64,000 nt of DNA, taken from positions 1,564 to 65,563 of the forward strand of contig CAKUYE010000013.1 of NCBI GenBank assembly GCA_934702375.1. The letters run 5' to 3'. The notes below the pieces were generated by a model. The model had not been told where the DNA came from. It ran no database searches and worked only from the letters and a program-made list of their open reading frames with translations. The translations under genes were made by a program, and so were the position numbers. This document shows, in pieces, positions 29,241 to 38,187 of the stretch (the first letter of the stretch is position 1; each line of letters begins with the position of its first letter). Origin of the DNA: an uncultured Bacillota bacterium (GTDB lineage Bacteria > Bacillota > Dehalobacteriia > UBA7702).

Positions 29241-31769
29241 ATGAAGACAAAAAGATTGCAAAAACTTGCTATCGTATTTGCTGCGGTGATGTGTTTGCTC
29301 TGTTTTGGGGCCCAAGGTATTTTCGCCAATGAAGCCCCTTTTACCTGGAGTGATTTTCGCGGTAATGCGGAAAACAATGGCGTTGTGAATTACAAAACGC
29401 CCCGCACGGCCGAAGAGGCGGTGCTTTCCTGGGCATTTCGCGCCGGTACCGGCTGGGATAATGCCGCCAGCTGCCCCATCATTGTAAATGATACCGTTAT
29501 TTTTTCTGCAAACCGCACGTTGTATAAACTGGATCGTGTTTCCGGTAAGGTATTGGCAACGGGTACTTTAAAGTATAAATCCGATTATAATATCATTCCG
29601 CCGACCTATGCGGCACCGGATGAATATACCGGTGAGCATGGCATGATTTTTGTGGGGCTCAGCTCCGGAATGATTCAGGCTTATGATGCCGAGACATTGG
29701 AAACGATTTGGATCTATCGGGATATTTCTTCCGATATTGAACCGGATTTGAAGGATGCTAAGGACAGTGCTATTGGCGGTCAGGTCAATTGCCCCCTTAC
29801 CTATCGCGACGGATACCTTTATACCGGCTTTTGGAAGGGCGCCCAAAAGGATGCCTATTTTGTCGGTATTGCCGTTGCGGACGAGGCTAAAAATAAAAAC
29901 AGTGAAGGATACCAGCGGTCTGCCTGGCGGTATATGAATAAGGGTGGATTTTATTGGGCCGGTTGTTACGCTACGGATAAATATGTTGTTGTCGGTGGAG
30001 ATGATGGTGTTGGTGATGACGCAGCTCTTGTGGGTGATCCGGAAGGAAATGCGCCGCTGTTTTGCTTTGATGCAAAGACCGGGGATGTGATTTCCTCGAT
30101 TCCGGATTTTAAAGGCGACATTCGTTCAACGGTTTGTTTCGATGATGGTTATCTGTATTTTACCTCGAAAGGGAAAACCTTTTATCGTGTCGGAATTTCC
30201 GATGAAGGTATTTTGGATAAATCCAGTGTAAGAGCCCTTCTGTTGGATGGCAACAGCACTTCGACTCCTGTTGTGCATAATGGTCGGGCTTATGTTGGTG
30301 TTATGGGAACTCGCGGTCAGTTTGATTCTTATTCCGGCCACCATGTTGCCGTGATTGATCTGGATGCCTGGAAAGTTGCCTATAAATGTGAGACCAAGGG
30401 GTACCCTCAGACCAGCGGCCTTTTAACCACGGCCTATGAGGACACCGATGGCTATGTATACGTATACTTCTTTGATAATGACAAGCCCGGTATGCTCCGT
30501 GTTTTGAAGGATAAACCGGGACAGACGGAGCCGATTACCAACGGTGAAACCGTAAATACCTTGCCGGTGCTTTTCTCGCCTACCGATGAACATCAGCAAT
30601 ATGCGATTTGCAGTCCTATCTGCGACGAATATGGCACCATTTACTTTAAAAACGATTCCGGGTATGTTATGGCATTAACCTCCAATGTAGAGGATTTGAA
30701 GTTTACCGCTCCGCCTACGAAGCAGACGTATCTCGAAGGAGATGCCTTTGACCCCACCGGCGCTGTTGCAATGTTGACCTACTGCAATGGTCTGACCAGA
30801 GATGTATCACAGTATCTTTCCTGTGGCTCCGACACTTTGAATACCGATGATATCGTTGTGAATGTAACCTTCCCTTATGTGATGTATCAGGATAATCTTT
30901 TGACTCCGGATGAAATTACGGCCATTGATAACGATAAAACCCTTTCGGATTCGAATAAAGTCATCAAAAAAGATGAAAACCATGTGGGCGTAAAGGTTTC
31001 GGTGCCTTACTATGAATTGAGCGTAAAGGTTGAGCCTTCCGCTGCCGTTACCGATAAAATGATCAGTGAAGCGAAAGGCACCCTCACTCGAGAACGAGTC
31101 AAGGCCCTCCGTGCTCGTTATAATTCTCTTAATGCCGAAGAAAAAGGAAAGATGAAAAATCTGGCGATTCTGGTGGAAGCCGAACAGAAGCTGGCGAACT
31201 TCTACAGCGATGTGAAATCCGAATACTGGTATTGCAGTGCTGCTGAGTTCGTAACGTTGAACGGACTGATGAACGGTGTGGGCGGTAATAAATTTGATGG
31301 TAACGGTATAACGACCCGTGCACAGTTGGTAACGATTCTTTATCGTTATGCCGGCAGCCCCGATGTTTCCGGTTCAACTCCTTTTACCGATGTAAAATCC
31401 GGCGAATGGTATGCCGATGCTATCAGCTGGGCTTATGCCAATAAAGTTGTAAATGGTGTTGACAATACCCACTTTGGCCCCAATGACACTCTTACTCGTG
31501 AGCAGCTGATCACGATTCTTTACCGCTACTGCAAAAGCCAGGGTATGGATGTAACGGGTTCTCAATCCTTAACGGGTTTCTCTGATTTCAATCGTGTAAG
31601 CGAGTACGCAGAAGCGCCTATGAAATGGGGCGTTTATGCAAAACTGATCAGCGGTATGCCTGAGGGCGGAAATATGTATCTTCAGCCTCAAGGGAATGCA
31701 AACAGAGCGCAGATTGCTACGATCATGATGCGCTTTATCGATCCTACCGCTGAAAAAGAAGGCAAATAA
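29241..31769 (+). CDS. Cell-surface protein: signal peptide, PQQ-like beta-propeller domain, linker, three C-terminal SLH (S-layer homology) domains (paralog 1)
   Basis: MKTKRLQKLAIVFAAVMCLLCFGAQGIFA signal. WxYxT/YKLD propeller repeats. Three about 60-aa SLH repeats at the C-terminus (TRAQLVTILYRY..., TREQLITILYRY..., RAQIATIMMRF). RBS aaaggagg. Confidence 0.8.
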   Translation: MKTKRLQKLAIVFAAVMCLLCFGAQGIFANEAPFTWSDFRGNAENNGVVNYKTPRTAEEAVLSWAFRAGTGWDNAASCPIIVNDTVIFSANRTLYKLDRVSGKVLATGTLKYKSDYNIIPPTYAAPDEYTGEHGMIFVGLSSGMIQAYDAETLETIWIYRDISSDIEPDLKDAKDSAIGGQVNCPLTYRDGYLYTGFWKGAQKDAYFVGIAVADEAKNKNSEGYQRSAWRYMNKGGFYWAGCYATDKYVVVGGDDGVGDDAALVGDPEGNAPLFCFDAKTGDVISSIPDFKGDIRSTVCFDDGYLYFTSKGKTFYRVGISDEGILDKSSVRALLLDGNSTSTPVVHNGRAYVGVMGTRGQFDSYSGHHVAVIDLDAWKVAYKCETKGYPQTSGLLTTAYEDTDGYVYVYFFDNDKPGMLRVLKDKPGQTEPITNGETVNTLPVLFSPTDEHQQYAICSPICDEYGTIYFKNDSGYVMALTSNVEDLKFTAPPTKQTYLEGDAFDPTGAVAMLTYCNGLTRDVSQYLSCGSDTLNTDDIVVNVTFPYVMYQDNLLTPDEITAIDNDKTLSDSNKVIKKDENHVGVKVSVPYYELSVKVEPSAAVTDKMISEAKGTLTRERVKALRARYNSLNAEEKGKMKNLAILVEAEQKLANFYSDVKSEYWYCSAAEFVTLNGLMNGVGGNKFDGNGITTRAQLVTILYRYAGSPDVSGSTPFTDVKSGEWYADAISWAYANKVVNGVDNTHFGPNDTLTREQLITILYRYCKSQGMDVTGSQSLTGFSDFNRVSEYAEAPMKWGVYAKLISGMPEGGNMYLQPQGNANRAQIATIMMRFIDPTAEKEGK

Positions 31770-31786
31770 AATTATTTTTGTGTTAC

Positions 31787-31830
31787 GGAGCCGCCGCTTT
31801 TGTTGAAAAAGCGACGGCTCATTTTTGCTG
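31787..31830 (+). terminator. Rho-independent terminator after SLH paralog 1
   Basis: gagccgccgcttttgttgaaaaagcgacggctc followed by attttt. Confidence 0.6.
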
Positions 31831-31836
31831 TAACGG

Positions 31837-31865
31837 TTGACTCTGATAAAGATCCGTGCTACAAT
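31837..31865 (+). promoter_or_regulatory. Sigma-A promoter of SLH paralog 2 (-35 TTGACT, 17 nt, -10 TACAAT)
   Basis: ttgact ctgataaagatccgtgc tacaat. Confidence 0.6.
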
Positions 31866-32008
31866 ACGTGTAACTAAATAATGCTTTTTCTTCGCTGTGC
31901 GCTTGTGCGAAGAAAAAAATCCAAATGTGTGCGATGGAAGGACAGATCAAAAGGTCTGCCTCTGTTTGCGCATTTTATTTTTTTTTTGTCAATAAAGGAG
32001 GATGACAG

Positions 32009-34471
32009 ATGAAATCGAAAAAACTACAGCGATTTACCGTGGTACTGGCAGCTGTCGTGTGCCTGCTCTGCATCAGTGCCCAAGGTGTTTTTGCTTACGA
32101 TTGGAGCAGCTTCCGCGGTAATGAAGAAAACAATGGTGTTGTGAATTACAAGACGCCCCGTACTGCCGAAGAAGCGGTTCTTTCCTGGGCATTCAGCGCC
32201 GGTGCCGGTTGGGATAATGCCCCCAGCTGCCCGATCATTGTAAACGATACTGTGGTATTTGCTGCAAACAAGATCTTATACAAATTAGACCGTGTTTCCG
32301 GTGAAGTACTTGCCACCGGTACTTTGCGGTATAAATCTGACTTTAACATTATCCCGCCGACCTATGCTGCACCGGATGAATATACCGGTGAACACGGCAT
32401 GATCTTTGTGGGGCTTACTTCCGGTATGGTGCAGGCCTTTGATGCGGAAACTCTGGAATCACTCTGGATTTACAGGGATCCTTTGAGCGGCCAGGTTAAC
32501 TGCCCTTTGACCTACCGTGATGGCAACCTTTATACCGGTTTCTGGTATTCTGAAGAAAAGGAAGCCAACTTTGCCTGCATTCCTGTGGCAAACACTTCGG
32601 AAAATAAATCCGGAGACTTTCAGAAGAGTACCTGGGTACAACCGAATAAAGGCGGTTATTACTGGGCCGGCTGCTATGCTACCGATAATTATGTTGTTGT
32701 CGGCGGTGATGACGGTGAAAAATCCGAGGATCTTGCCGGTACCGATTCCAATGGCGATGCGCCCCTTCGCAGCTTTAATTCCAAGACCGGTGCTTTGATT
32801 GACTCCGTAAAGGGCATCACCGGAGATATCCGCTCTACAGTTTGCTATGATAACGGCTATATCTACTTTACTTCCCGTGCAAAGACTTTCTACCGCGTTG
32901 CCATTGCGGAAGATGGAACCTTCGGTAAGGTTGACGCCTTAAAAATGGACGGTAATTGTACCTCTACTCCCGTTGTGTACAATGGCAGAGCTTATATCGG
33001 TGTTATGGGAACCCGCGGTCAGTTTGACTCTTATTCCGGTCACCATGTTGCCGTGATTGATCTGGATGCCTGGAAAATTGCCTATAAATGCGAAACCAAG
33101 GGATATCCCCAGACCAGCGGTCTTTTAACCACGGCCTATGAAGAAACCGATGGCTATGTATACGTATACTTCTTTGATAATGACAAACCCGGTATGCTCC
33201 GTGTTTTGAAAGATAAACCGGGACAGACCAAAGCAATCACCAACGGTGAAACCGTAAATACCCTGCCGGTGCTTTTCTCGCCTACCGGAGACCAGCAGCA
33301 ATATGCAATTTGCAGTCCTATCTGCGATGAATACGGCACCTTCTATTTTAAAAATGATTCCGGCTATATCATGGCTTTGACCCCCAATGTGACGGATTTG
33401 AAATTCTCCACGCCGCCTACGAAGCAAACTTATCTCGAAGGGGATGCTTTTGATGCTACCGGTGCAACGGCAACCCTTACTTATTGCAATGGCTTGACCA
33501 GAGATGTTTCCAGCTACCTGGCCGGTACTACCGAATCTTTGAGTACCGATGATATCGTTGTGAATGTGACCTTCCCCTATGTGATGTATCAGGATAAGCT
33601 TTTGACTTCGGATGAAATCACTGCCATTGATAACGATAAAACCCTTACGGATTCGAATAAAGTCATCAAAAAGGATGAAAACCATGTTGGCGTAAGTGTT
33701 GAGCTTCCTTATTACGAAGCTTCTGTTACCGTAAATCCTTCTGCCGCGGCTACCGATAAAATGATCGGTGAAACAGAAGGTGTTCTTACCAGAGCTCGTG
33801 TTGAAGCCATTCGAGCCAAGTATGATTCTTTGAGTGCAGAGGAAAAAGATAAAGTAAAGAATCTGGCAATTCTGGTGGAAGCCGAACAGAAGCTGAAGAA
33901 CTTCTACGGTGATGTGCAATCCAGGGATTGGTATTGCAGTGCTGCTGAGTTTGTAACGCTGAACGGATTGATGAATGGTGTGGACAATGGTAAATTTGAT
34001 GGTAACGGCATAACGACCCGCGCACAGCTGGTTACGATTCTTTATCGTTATGCCGGCAGCCCCGATGTTTCCGGCTCAACTCCTTTTACCGATGTAAAAG
34101 CCGGTCAGTGGTATACCAATGCTGTCAACTGGGCTTATGAAAAGGACGTGGTAAAAGGGGTCTCTACAACACAGTTTGGTACCAACGAACCGGTTACCCG
34201 TGAGCAGTTGGTCACGATTCTTTACCGTTACTGCAAAAGCCAGGGTATGGATGTATCGGGTTCTCAATCCTTAACTGGTTTCTCTGATTTCAATCGCGTA
34301 AACACGTACGCAGAAGTGCCTATGAAATGGGGCGTTTATGCAAAGCTGATCAGTGGTATGCCTGAGGGCGGAAATATGTATCTTCAGCCCCAAGGGAGCG
34401 CGACCAGAGCGCAGATTGCCACGATCATGATGCGCTTTATTGATCCTACCGCTGAAAAAGAAGGCAAATAA
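32009..34471 (+). CDS. Cell-surface PQQ-like beta-propeller protein with three SLH domains (paralog 2)
   Basis: About 80% identical to the upstream paralog across the propeller and SLH regions. Has its own signal peptide. RBS aaaggagg. Confidence 0.8.
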   Translation: MKSKKLQRFTVVLAAVVCLLCISAQGVFAYDWSSFRGNEENNGVVNYKTPRTAEEAVLSWAFSAGAGWDNAPSCPIIVNDTVVFAANKILYKLDRVSGEVLATGTLRYKSDFNIIPPTYAAPDEYTGEHGMIFVGLTSGMVQAFDAETLESLWIYRDPLSGQVNCPLTYRDGNLYTGFWYSEEKEANFACIPVANTSENKSGDFQKSTWVQPNKGGYYWAGCYATDNYVVVGGDDGEKSEDLAGTDSNGDAPLRSFNSKTGALIDSVKGITGDIRSTVCYDNGYIYFTSRAKTFYRVAIAEDGTFGKVDALKMDGNCTSTPVVYNGRAYIGVMGTRGQFDSYSGHHVAVIDLDAWKIAYKCETKGYPQTSGLLTTAYEETDGYVYVYFFDNDKPGMLRVLKDKPGQTKAITNGETVNTLPVLFSPTGDQQQYAICSPICDEYGTFYFKNDSGYIMALTPNVTDLKFSTPPTKQTYLEGDAFDATGATATLTYCNGLTRDVSSYLAGTTESLSTDDIVVNVTFPYVMYQDKLLTSDEITAIDNDKTLTDSNKVIKKDENHVGVSVELPYYEASVTVNPSAAATDKMIGETEGVLTRARVEAIRAKYDSLSAEEKDKVKNLAILVEAEQKLKNFYGDVQSRDWYCSAAEFVTLNGLMNGVDNGKFDGNGITTRAQLVTILYRYAGSPDVSGSTPFTDVKAGQWYTNAVNWAYEKDVVKGVSTTQFGTNEPVTREQLVTILYRYCKSQGMDVSGSQSLTGFSDFNRVNTYAEVPMKWGVYAKLISGMPEGGNMYLQPQGSATRAQIATIMMRFIDPTAEKEGK

Positions 34472-34487
34472 AATTTAGTGTAGTGTT

Positions 34488-34525
34488 TTATACCGCAGAG
34501 AGCATTTTCGCCCTCTGCGGTATTT
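34488..34525 (+). terminator. Rho-independent terminator after SLH paralog 2
   Basis: ataccgcagagagcattttcgccctctgcggtatttt. Confidence 0.7.
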
Positions 34526-34571
34526 TAACAGGGAAAACACAAAATTTTCAAAATCTTTTGGTGGAAAACTA

Positions 34572-34600
34572 TTGCCTTTTTTTTGAAATGATGCTATATT
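34572..34600 (+). promoter_or_regulatory. Sigma-A promoter (-35 TTGCCT, 17 nt, -10 TATATT) for the riboswitch-led operon
   Basis: ttgcct tttttttgaaatgatgc tatatt. Confidence 0.5.
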
Positions 34601-34623
34601 ATAAGAATAATCAAAGGAATTTT

Positions 34624-34845
34624 CCAAAGCTATGGAATAGAGGTGTGAATCCTCTGCGGTATGGCCACCGTGATGACGAGCTGCTTTTCTTCAATGCCAT
34701 TGATTTGAGTTGAGAAGGCGAAAAGCAGTATGGACTCTAAGTCGGGATACTTGCTTTGGCGGATTTGTGAGAGATGCAGCTGCCATATACAGTTGACATT
34801 CATGTTTCCGCAGAAGCAAAAAACGCTTTTGCGGCTTTTTGTTTC
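34624..34845 (+). promoter_or_regulatory. Cobalamin riboswitch (aptamer ~34624-34748 plus terminator ~34803-34845) heading the DUF4430/MoxR/lipoprotein operon
   Basis: P1 ccaaagc/gctttgg. AGGAA, GGTGtGAATCC, CGGTatgGCCACcGTgA, GCCAtTG, GAAGGCG and B12 box AAGTCGGGATACTTGC in canonical order. Then hairpin ccgcagaagcaaaaaacgcttttgcgg followed by ctttttgttt. Confidence 0.7.
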
Positions 34846-35071
34846 GATGTGAAACCATGAAATATGTGTGTGGCGGGAAGCGAAAGCTTTTGTGGTTCTT
34901 TGCAATGGCGCACACATTGTGTTCTGCCCGGCTTCGCACGGTGGGCAGACATCCGAAACCATAAAGGTGACTATTGGGTGGGTTCGTGCTTTTCGTACAA
35001 GGCCTGCTGCTTTTTGCTGTAAAGAATTAAATTTACCCCATGCTGTAGGATCGGGAGCTGAGGTGTTAAAA

Positions 35072-37207
35072 ATGAAAAAACCGGATTTTAAGAATATGTG
35101 GAAGGCAACGAAAAAGAAGTCTCTTCACCTGCGGAAGTCTTCGCTGTGGATGGGGGCGTTTCTCGTTGTCTTTCTTATTGTTTTAAGCTGCGGTGTACTC
35201 TTTGCCGGAGAATCGGAGCCGGAAAACCCCATTGGCGATAAAAGTGACAGTTTTGATACTGCATCGGTTATTATGAATTGCGAAAGCGATGAGGATGATA
35301 ATGTGTATGTTCCGGTGCCGGTGGCAACAGAGCCGGATCAATCCACGGAATCGGAACAATCCAGTTCCGGTGTAAACGGTCAGGAAGAACAGCAGCAGGA
35401 TCCCAAAGAAGAGGACTCTCAGCAGGAAGAACAGCAAACTCCGCCGGAGCAGGCTCCTCAGGAAGAAAAGATCACCAAGCCTGCGGCCTCGGCCCGCTCC
35501 GATAAAAACAACAATGCGGCTCCCAACGGAGGCGGCGGTACCAGCGGCGGCACAGACCCCAGCGGTGAAAAAGCCGATAAGGTCTATTTTACTACCGATA
35601 TTAAAGACGGTGAGGAAGTCACGGAAAAAGCCTATGCTTTTAAAGTTACCCATAAATATCCAGAATTAAAGACGACTAAATTTGTTGTTAAAGTGAACGA
35701 TATGGAAGTTCCTCAAGATAGTCTAACATCCTGTAAAGTGGAGCTTACAGAAGGTAAAAATACCATTCGGATTTCTGCAACCTACTTGGATTCTACCGGC
35801 AAGGTTGTCGCTACTCCGTATAAAGATTACACGGTTATTCTTAATACGAAGGACCTTGTAATCAATATTAATGGTCTTGAAGATGGGGCGGAGGTGGCTC
35901 AGTCTGGACTCTCATTTGAAGCTTCTGCATCGTATAAAAATACCAAGGCATCTCTTTCTGTTCAGTTAAATGGCAAAACAATCAAGTCTAAGGGAAATGG
36001 AAAATATGATGTTTGGCTCAATTCGGGAAAGAATACTTTTACCTTTGAGGCTTCCGGTGGCGGTTTAAAGAAAAAGGAAGAGCGTACTATCATCTATACT
36101 CCCTCTGGTGTGCCTACTGTAGAATTTTTATTCCCTGAGAAAATAGAGGACACCATTGAATTTGAGGTTCGTGTAACCGGTGTTCCCGCTTCAAAAGTGG
36201 AAGGTATTACTCTCACCAGTACTACCGCAAAGATTAATCTTATTGATAAAGATAAATCTACCGCTACATATCGTTACAAAGCTACTTTGAAAAATGGAGT
36301 AAATAAATTTTCCGCCCGCGTCAAATATGACGGGAATCTGCTGGTTCCCGTTATTAAAGAGGTTGAGTTAAAACGACCGTCGGCCGGTCCTGGGAATGAT
36401 CGTCCGAGCGGAGATCGTTCTCCGGTAATTACGGAAATTAATATTACCAATGGCATGGAAACAAACAGCAGTACCTTAAATATGCTTGTCCATGCGGTGG
36501 ACTATAAAAAGGCGAACTTGAATGCAAATAACATGACGGTGCTTCTCAATGGCTTGCAGGTTATGAATCCTTGGTTGAACAATGGCGCTATGACCTATGC
36601 GATGAGGTTTGCTTCCGGTGAAAACCTTGTGGAGATTTATCTGCGAGATAGCGAGGGGTATGAGGCGTATTACAAATATCAGGTTACGTACACCCCGGTT
36701 ACCGGCCCTGTTGGCAATGCTCTTGTTAGTGTGGAGGGCACTACTGTTGGTTTGGGATATATTATTCCGCCGACCTCGGTTCCCATTTACGATGATGAGC
36801 CTGCTTCCTATGTTGTCGATCGTCTGCTGAAGGAAAACGGTATTACCTATGATTATGGCGGGAGCTTTGACAATGGGTTCTATCTGCAGCGTATCTATAA
36901 GCAAGGCTTGATGGCAAACTTCTCTATTCCGGAAAGGCTTCGCCAATATATTGATGATTACGGTGTTTTCCTGGAAGAAAATAAATATGAACTGGATAGC
37001 TTGGGAGAAAAGGACTTTATCCCCTCGGGTTCCGGCTGGATGGTTGCTGTGGATGGACATTACACCGGCTACGGCTTCTCGGATATGCGGTTGACAGATG
37101 GTTCTGTTGTCAAGGTACGCTTTACTCTGTATATGGGTAAAGATATCGGTGATGACAGTGCAGCCTCGGAAGGCCAAACCTTCCCTGAAATTTTTGTGGA
37201 ACCCTGA
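35072..37207 (+). CDS. Large membrane-anchored surface protein: N-terminal TM anchor, acidic E/Q/D-rich linker, four ~90-aa Ig-like beta-sandwich repeats, C-terminal DUF4430 (transcobalamin beta-domain-like) domain
   Basis: MKKPDFKNMWKATKKK + hydrophobic helix. Low-complexity region about aa 60-170. Repeats with ...NG...G.N.. periodicity. C-terminus ...GSGWMVAVDGHYTGYGFSDMRLTDGSVVKVRFTLYMGKDIG matches the DUF4430 core. Start moved to ATG 35072 (RBS ggagctgagg). Confidence 0.7.
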   Translation: MKKPDFKNMWKATKKKSLHLRKSSLWMGAFLVVFLIVLSCGVLFAGESEPENPIGDKSDSFDTASVIMNCESDEDDNVYVPVPVATEPDQSTESEQSSSGVNGQEEQQQDPKEEDSQQEEQQTPPEQAPQEEKITKPAASARSDKNNNAAPNGGGGTSGGTDPSGEKADKVYFTTDIKDGEEVTEKAYAFKVTHKYPELKTTKFVVKVNDMEVPQDSLTSCKVELTEGKNTIRISATYLDSTGKVVATPYKDYTVILNTKDLVININGLEDGAEVAQSGLSFEASASYKNTKASLSVQLNGKTIKSKGNGKYDVWLNSGKNTFTFEASGGGLKKKEERTIIYTPSGVPTVEFLFPEKIEDTIEFEVRVTGVPASKVEGITLTSTTAKINLIDKDKSTATYRYKATLKNGVNKFSARVKYDGNLLVPVIKEVELKRPSAGPGNDRPSGDRSPVITEINITNGMETNSSTLNMLVHAVDYKKANLNANNMTVLLNGLQVMNPWLNNGAMTYAMRFASGENLVEIYLRDSEGYEAYYKYQVTYTPVTGPVGNALVSVEGTTVGLGYIIPPTSVPIYDDEPASYVVDRLLKENGITYDYGGSFDNGFYLQRIYKQGLMANFSIPERLRQYIDDYGVFLEENKYELDSLGEKDFIPSGSGWMVAVDGHYTGYGFSDMRLTDGSVVKVRFTLYMGKDIGDDSAASEGQTFPEIFVEP

Positions 37208-37233
37208 TAGGCTGCGAGAAAGGAACGAATGAG

Positions 37234-38187
37234 ATGAATCAGCAGGTAAATGATATATTAAATGAAATAAAAAAGGTTATTGTCGGGAAGGACGAAGTCA
37301 TTTCCAAGGTTTTTATGGCCATGCTCTCCGGCGGTCACATCCTTTTGGATGACGTCCCCGGGGTAGGGAAAACCACCTTGGCATTGTCTTTCAGCAAGGC
37401 TTTGGGGCTGGATTACAAGCGTGTTCAGTTGACTTCCGACAGCATGCCTTCGGATATCGTTGGTTTTTCCGTTTATGATAAGGAAACCGGCCGAATCGAA
37501 TATAAACCCGGCGCGGTTATGACCAACCTTTTCCTTGCCGACGAAATTAACCGTACCTCCAGCCGCACGCAGTCTGCATTGTTGGAGGTTATGGAAGAAG
37601 GCCATGTGACTGTGGACGGTGTGACCAGAGAGGTTCCCCAGCCCTTTGTTGTTATCGCAACCCAGAACCCGGTGGGGTCTGCCGGGACGCAGATGCTGCC
37701 CGATTCCCAGTTAGACCGTTTTATGATCCGTACTCAGATGGGATATCCGGATTTCCAAAGTCAGGTCAATATTTTGAAAGACCGCCATACCTCAAATCCT
37801 CTTAACAATGTGCAGCGGCTTACCGATGGCGAAGGGCTTCTTGCCTTGCGCCGTCAGGTTACCGATATTTACATCGCCGATGCGATCTATGAATATGTGA
37901 CCTCTCTTGCAGAGGCTACTCGTACCCATGAGCTGGTATTGCAGGGGCTTAGTCCCCGTGGGGCTCTGGCGCTTTGCCGCATGAGCAAGGCTTATGCTTT
38001 TGTGAATGGTCGGGACTATGTGATACCCGAGGATATCGCTGCGGTGTTCCCGGATGTTGTCGGTCACCGTTTGATGCTTCAGCCCAAAGCGCGCCTTACC
38101 GGTACTACTGCTGCAGACGTTACCGCAGACCTGATTCAGTCGGTGCCGATGCCGGTTACCGGAAAGGATGCAGTCCATGAAGGCTAA
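37234..38187 (+). CDS. MoxR-family AAA+ ATPase
   Basis: 317 aa. Walker A DDVPGVGKTT. Walker B/sensor (LFLADEINR). Single AAA+ module of MoxR size. Confidence 0.85.
   Translation: MNQQVNDILNEIKKVIVGKDEVISKVFMAMLSGGHILLDDVPGVGKTTLALSFSKALGLDYKRVQLTSDSMPSDIVGFSVYDKETGRIEYKPGAVMTNLFLADEINRTSSRTQSALLEVMEEGHVTVDGVTREVPQPFVVIATQNPVGSAGTQMLPDSQLDRFMIRTQMGYPDFQSQVNILKDRHTSNPLNNVQRLTDGEGLLALRRQVTDIYIADAIYEYVTSLAEATRTHELVLQGLSPRGALALCRMSKAYAFVNGRDYVIPEDIAAVFPDVVGHRLMLQPKARLTGTTAADVTADLIQSVPMPVTGKDAVHEG

Noticed and set aside
33125-33919. 264-aa minus-strand ORF inside SLH paralog 2 (also 36476..37177, 26686..27306, 11664..12626, 5135..5794, 6942..7466 antisense ORFs)
   Set aside because: All are antisense to strongly supported genes, low-complexity or Cys/His-rich translations, with no RBS. 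Treated as shadow ORFs.
29241-34471. Annotating the SLH propeller proteins as B12-binding BtuG homologs
   Set aside because: No riboswitch in their leaders. Propeller assignment is by motif impression only. Kept as a speculative note within a finding, not as a feature call.
34850-35071. Possible second tandem riboswitch aptamer between the terminator and the first gene
   Set aside because: Hairpins are present but no GCCACTG core or B12 box. Left as an unexplained structured leader.
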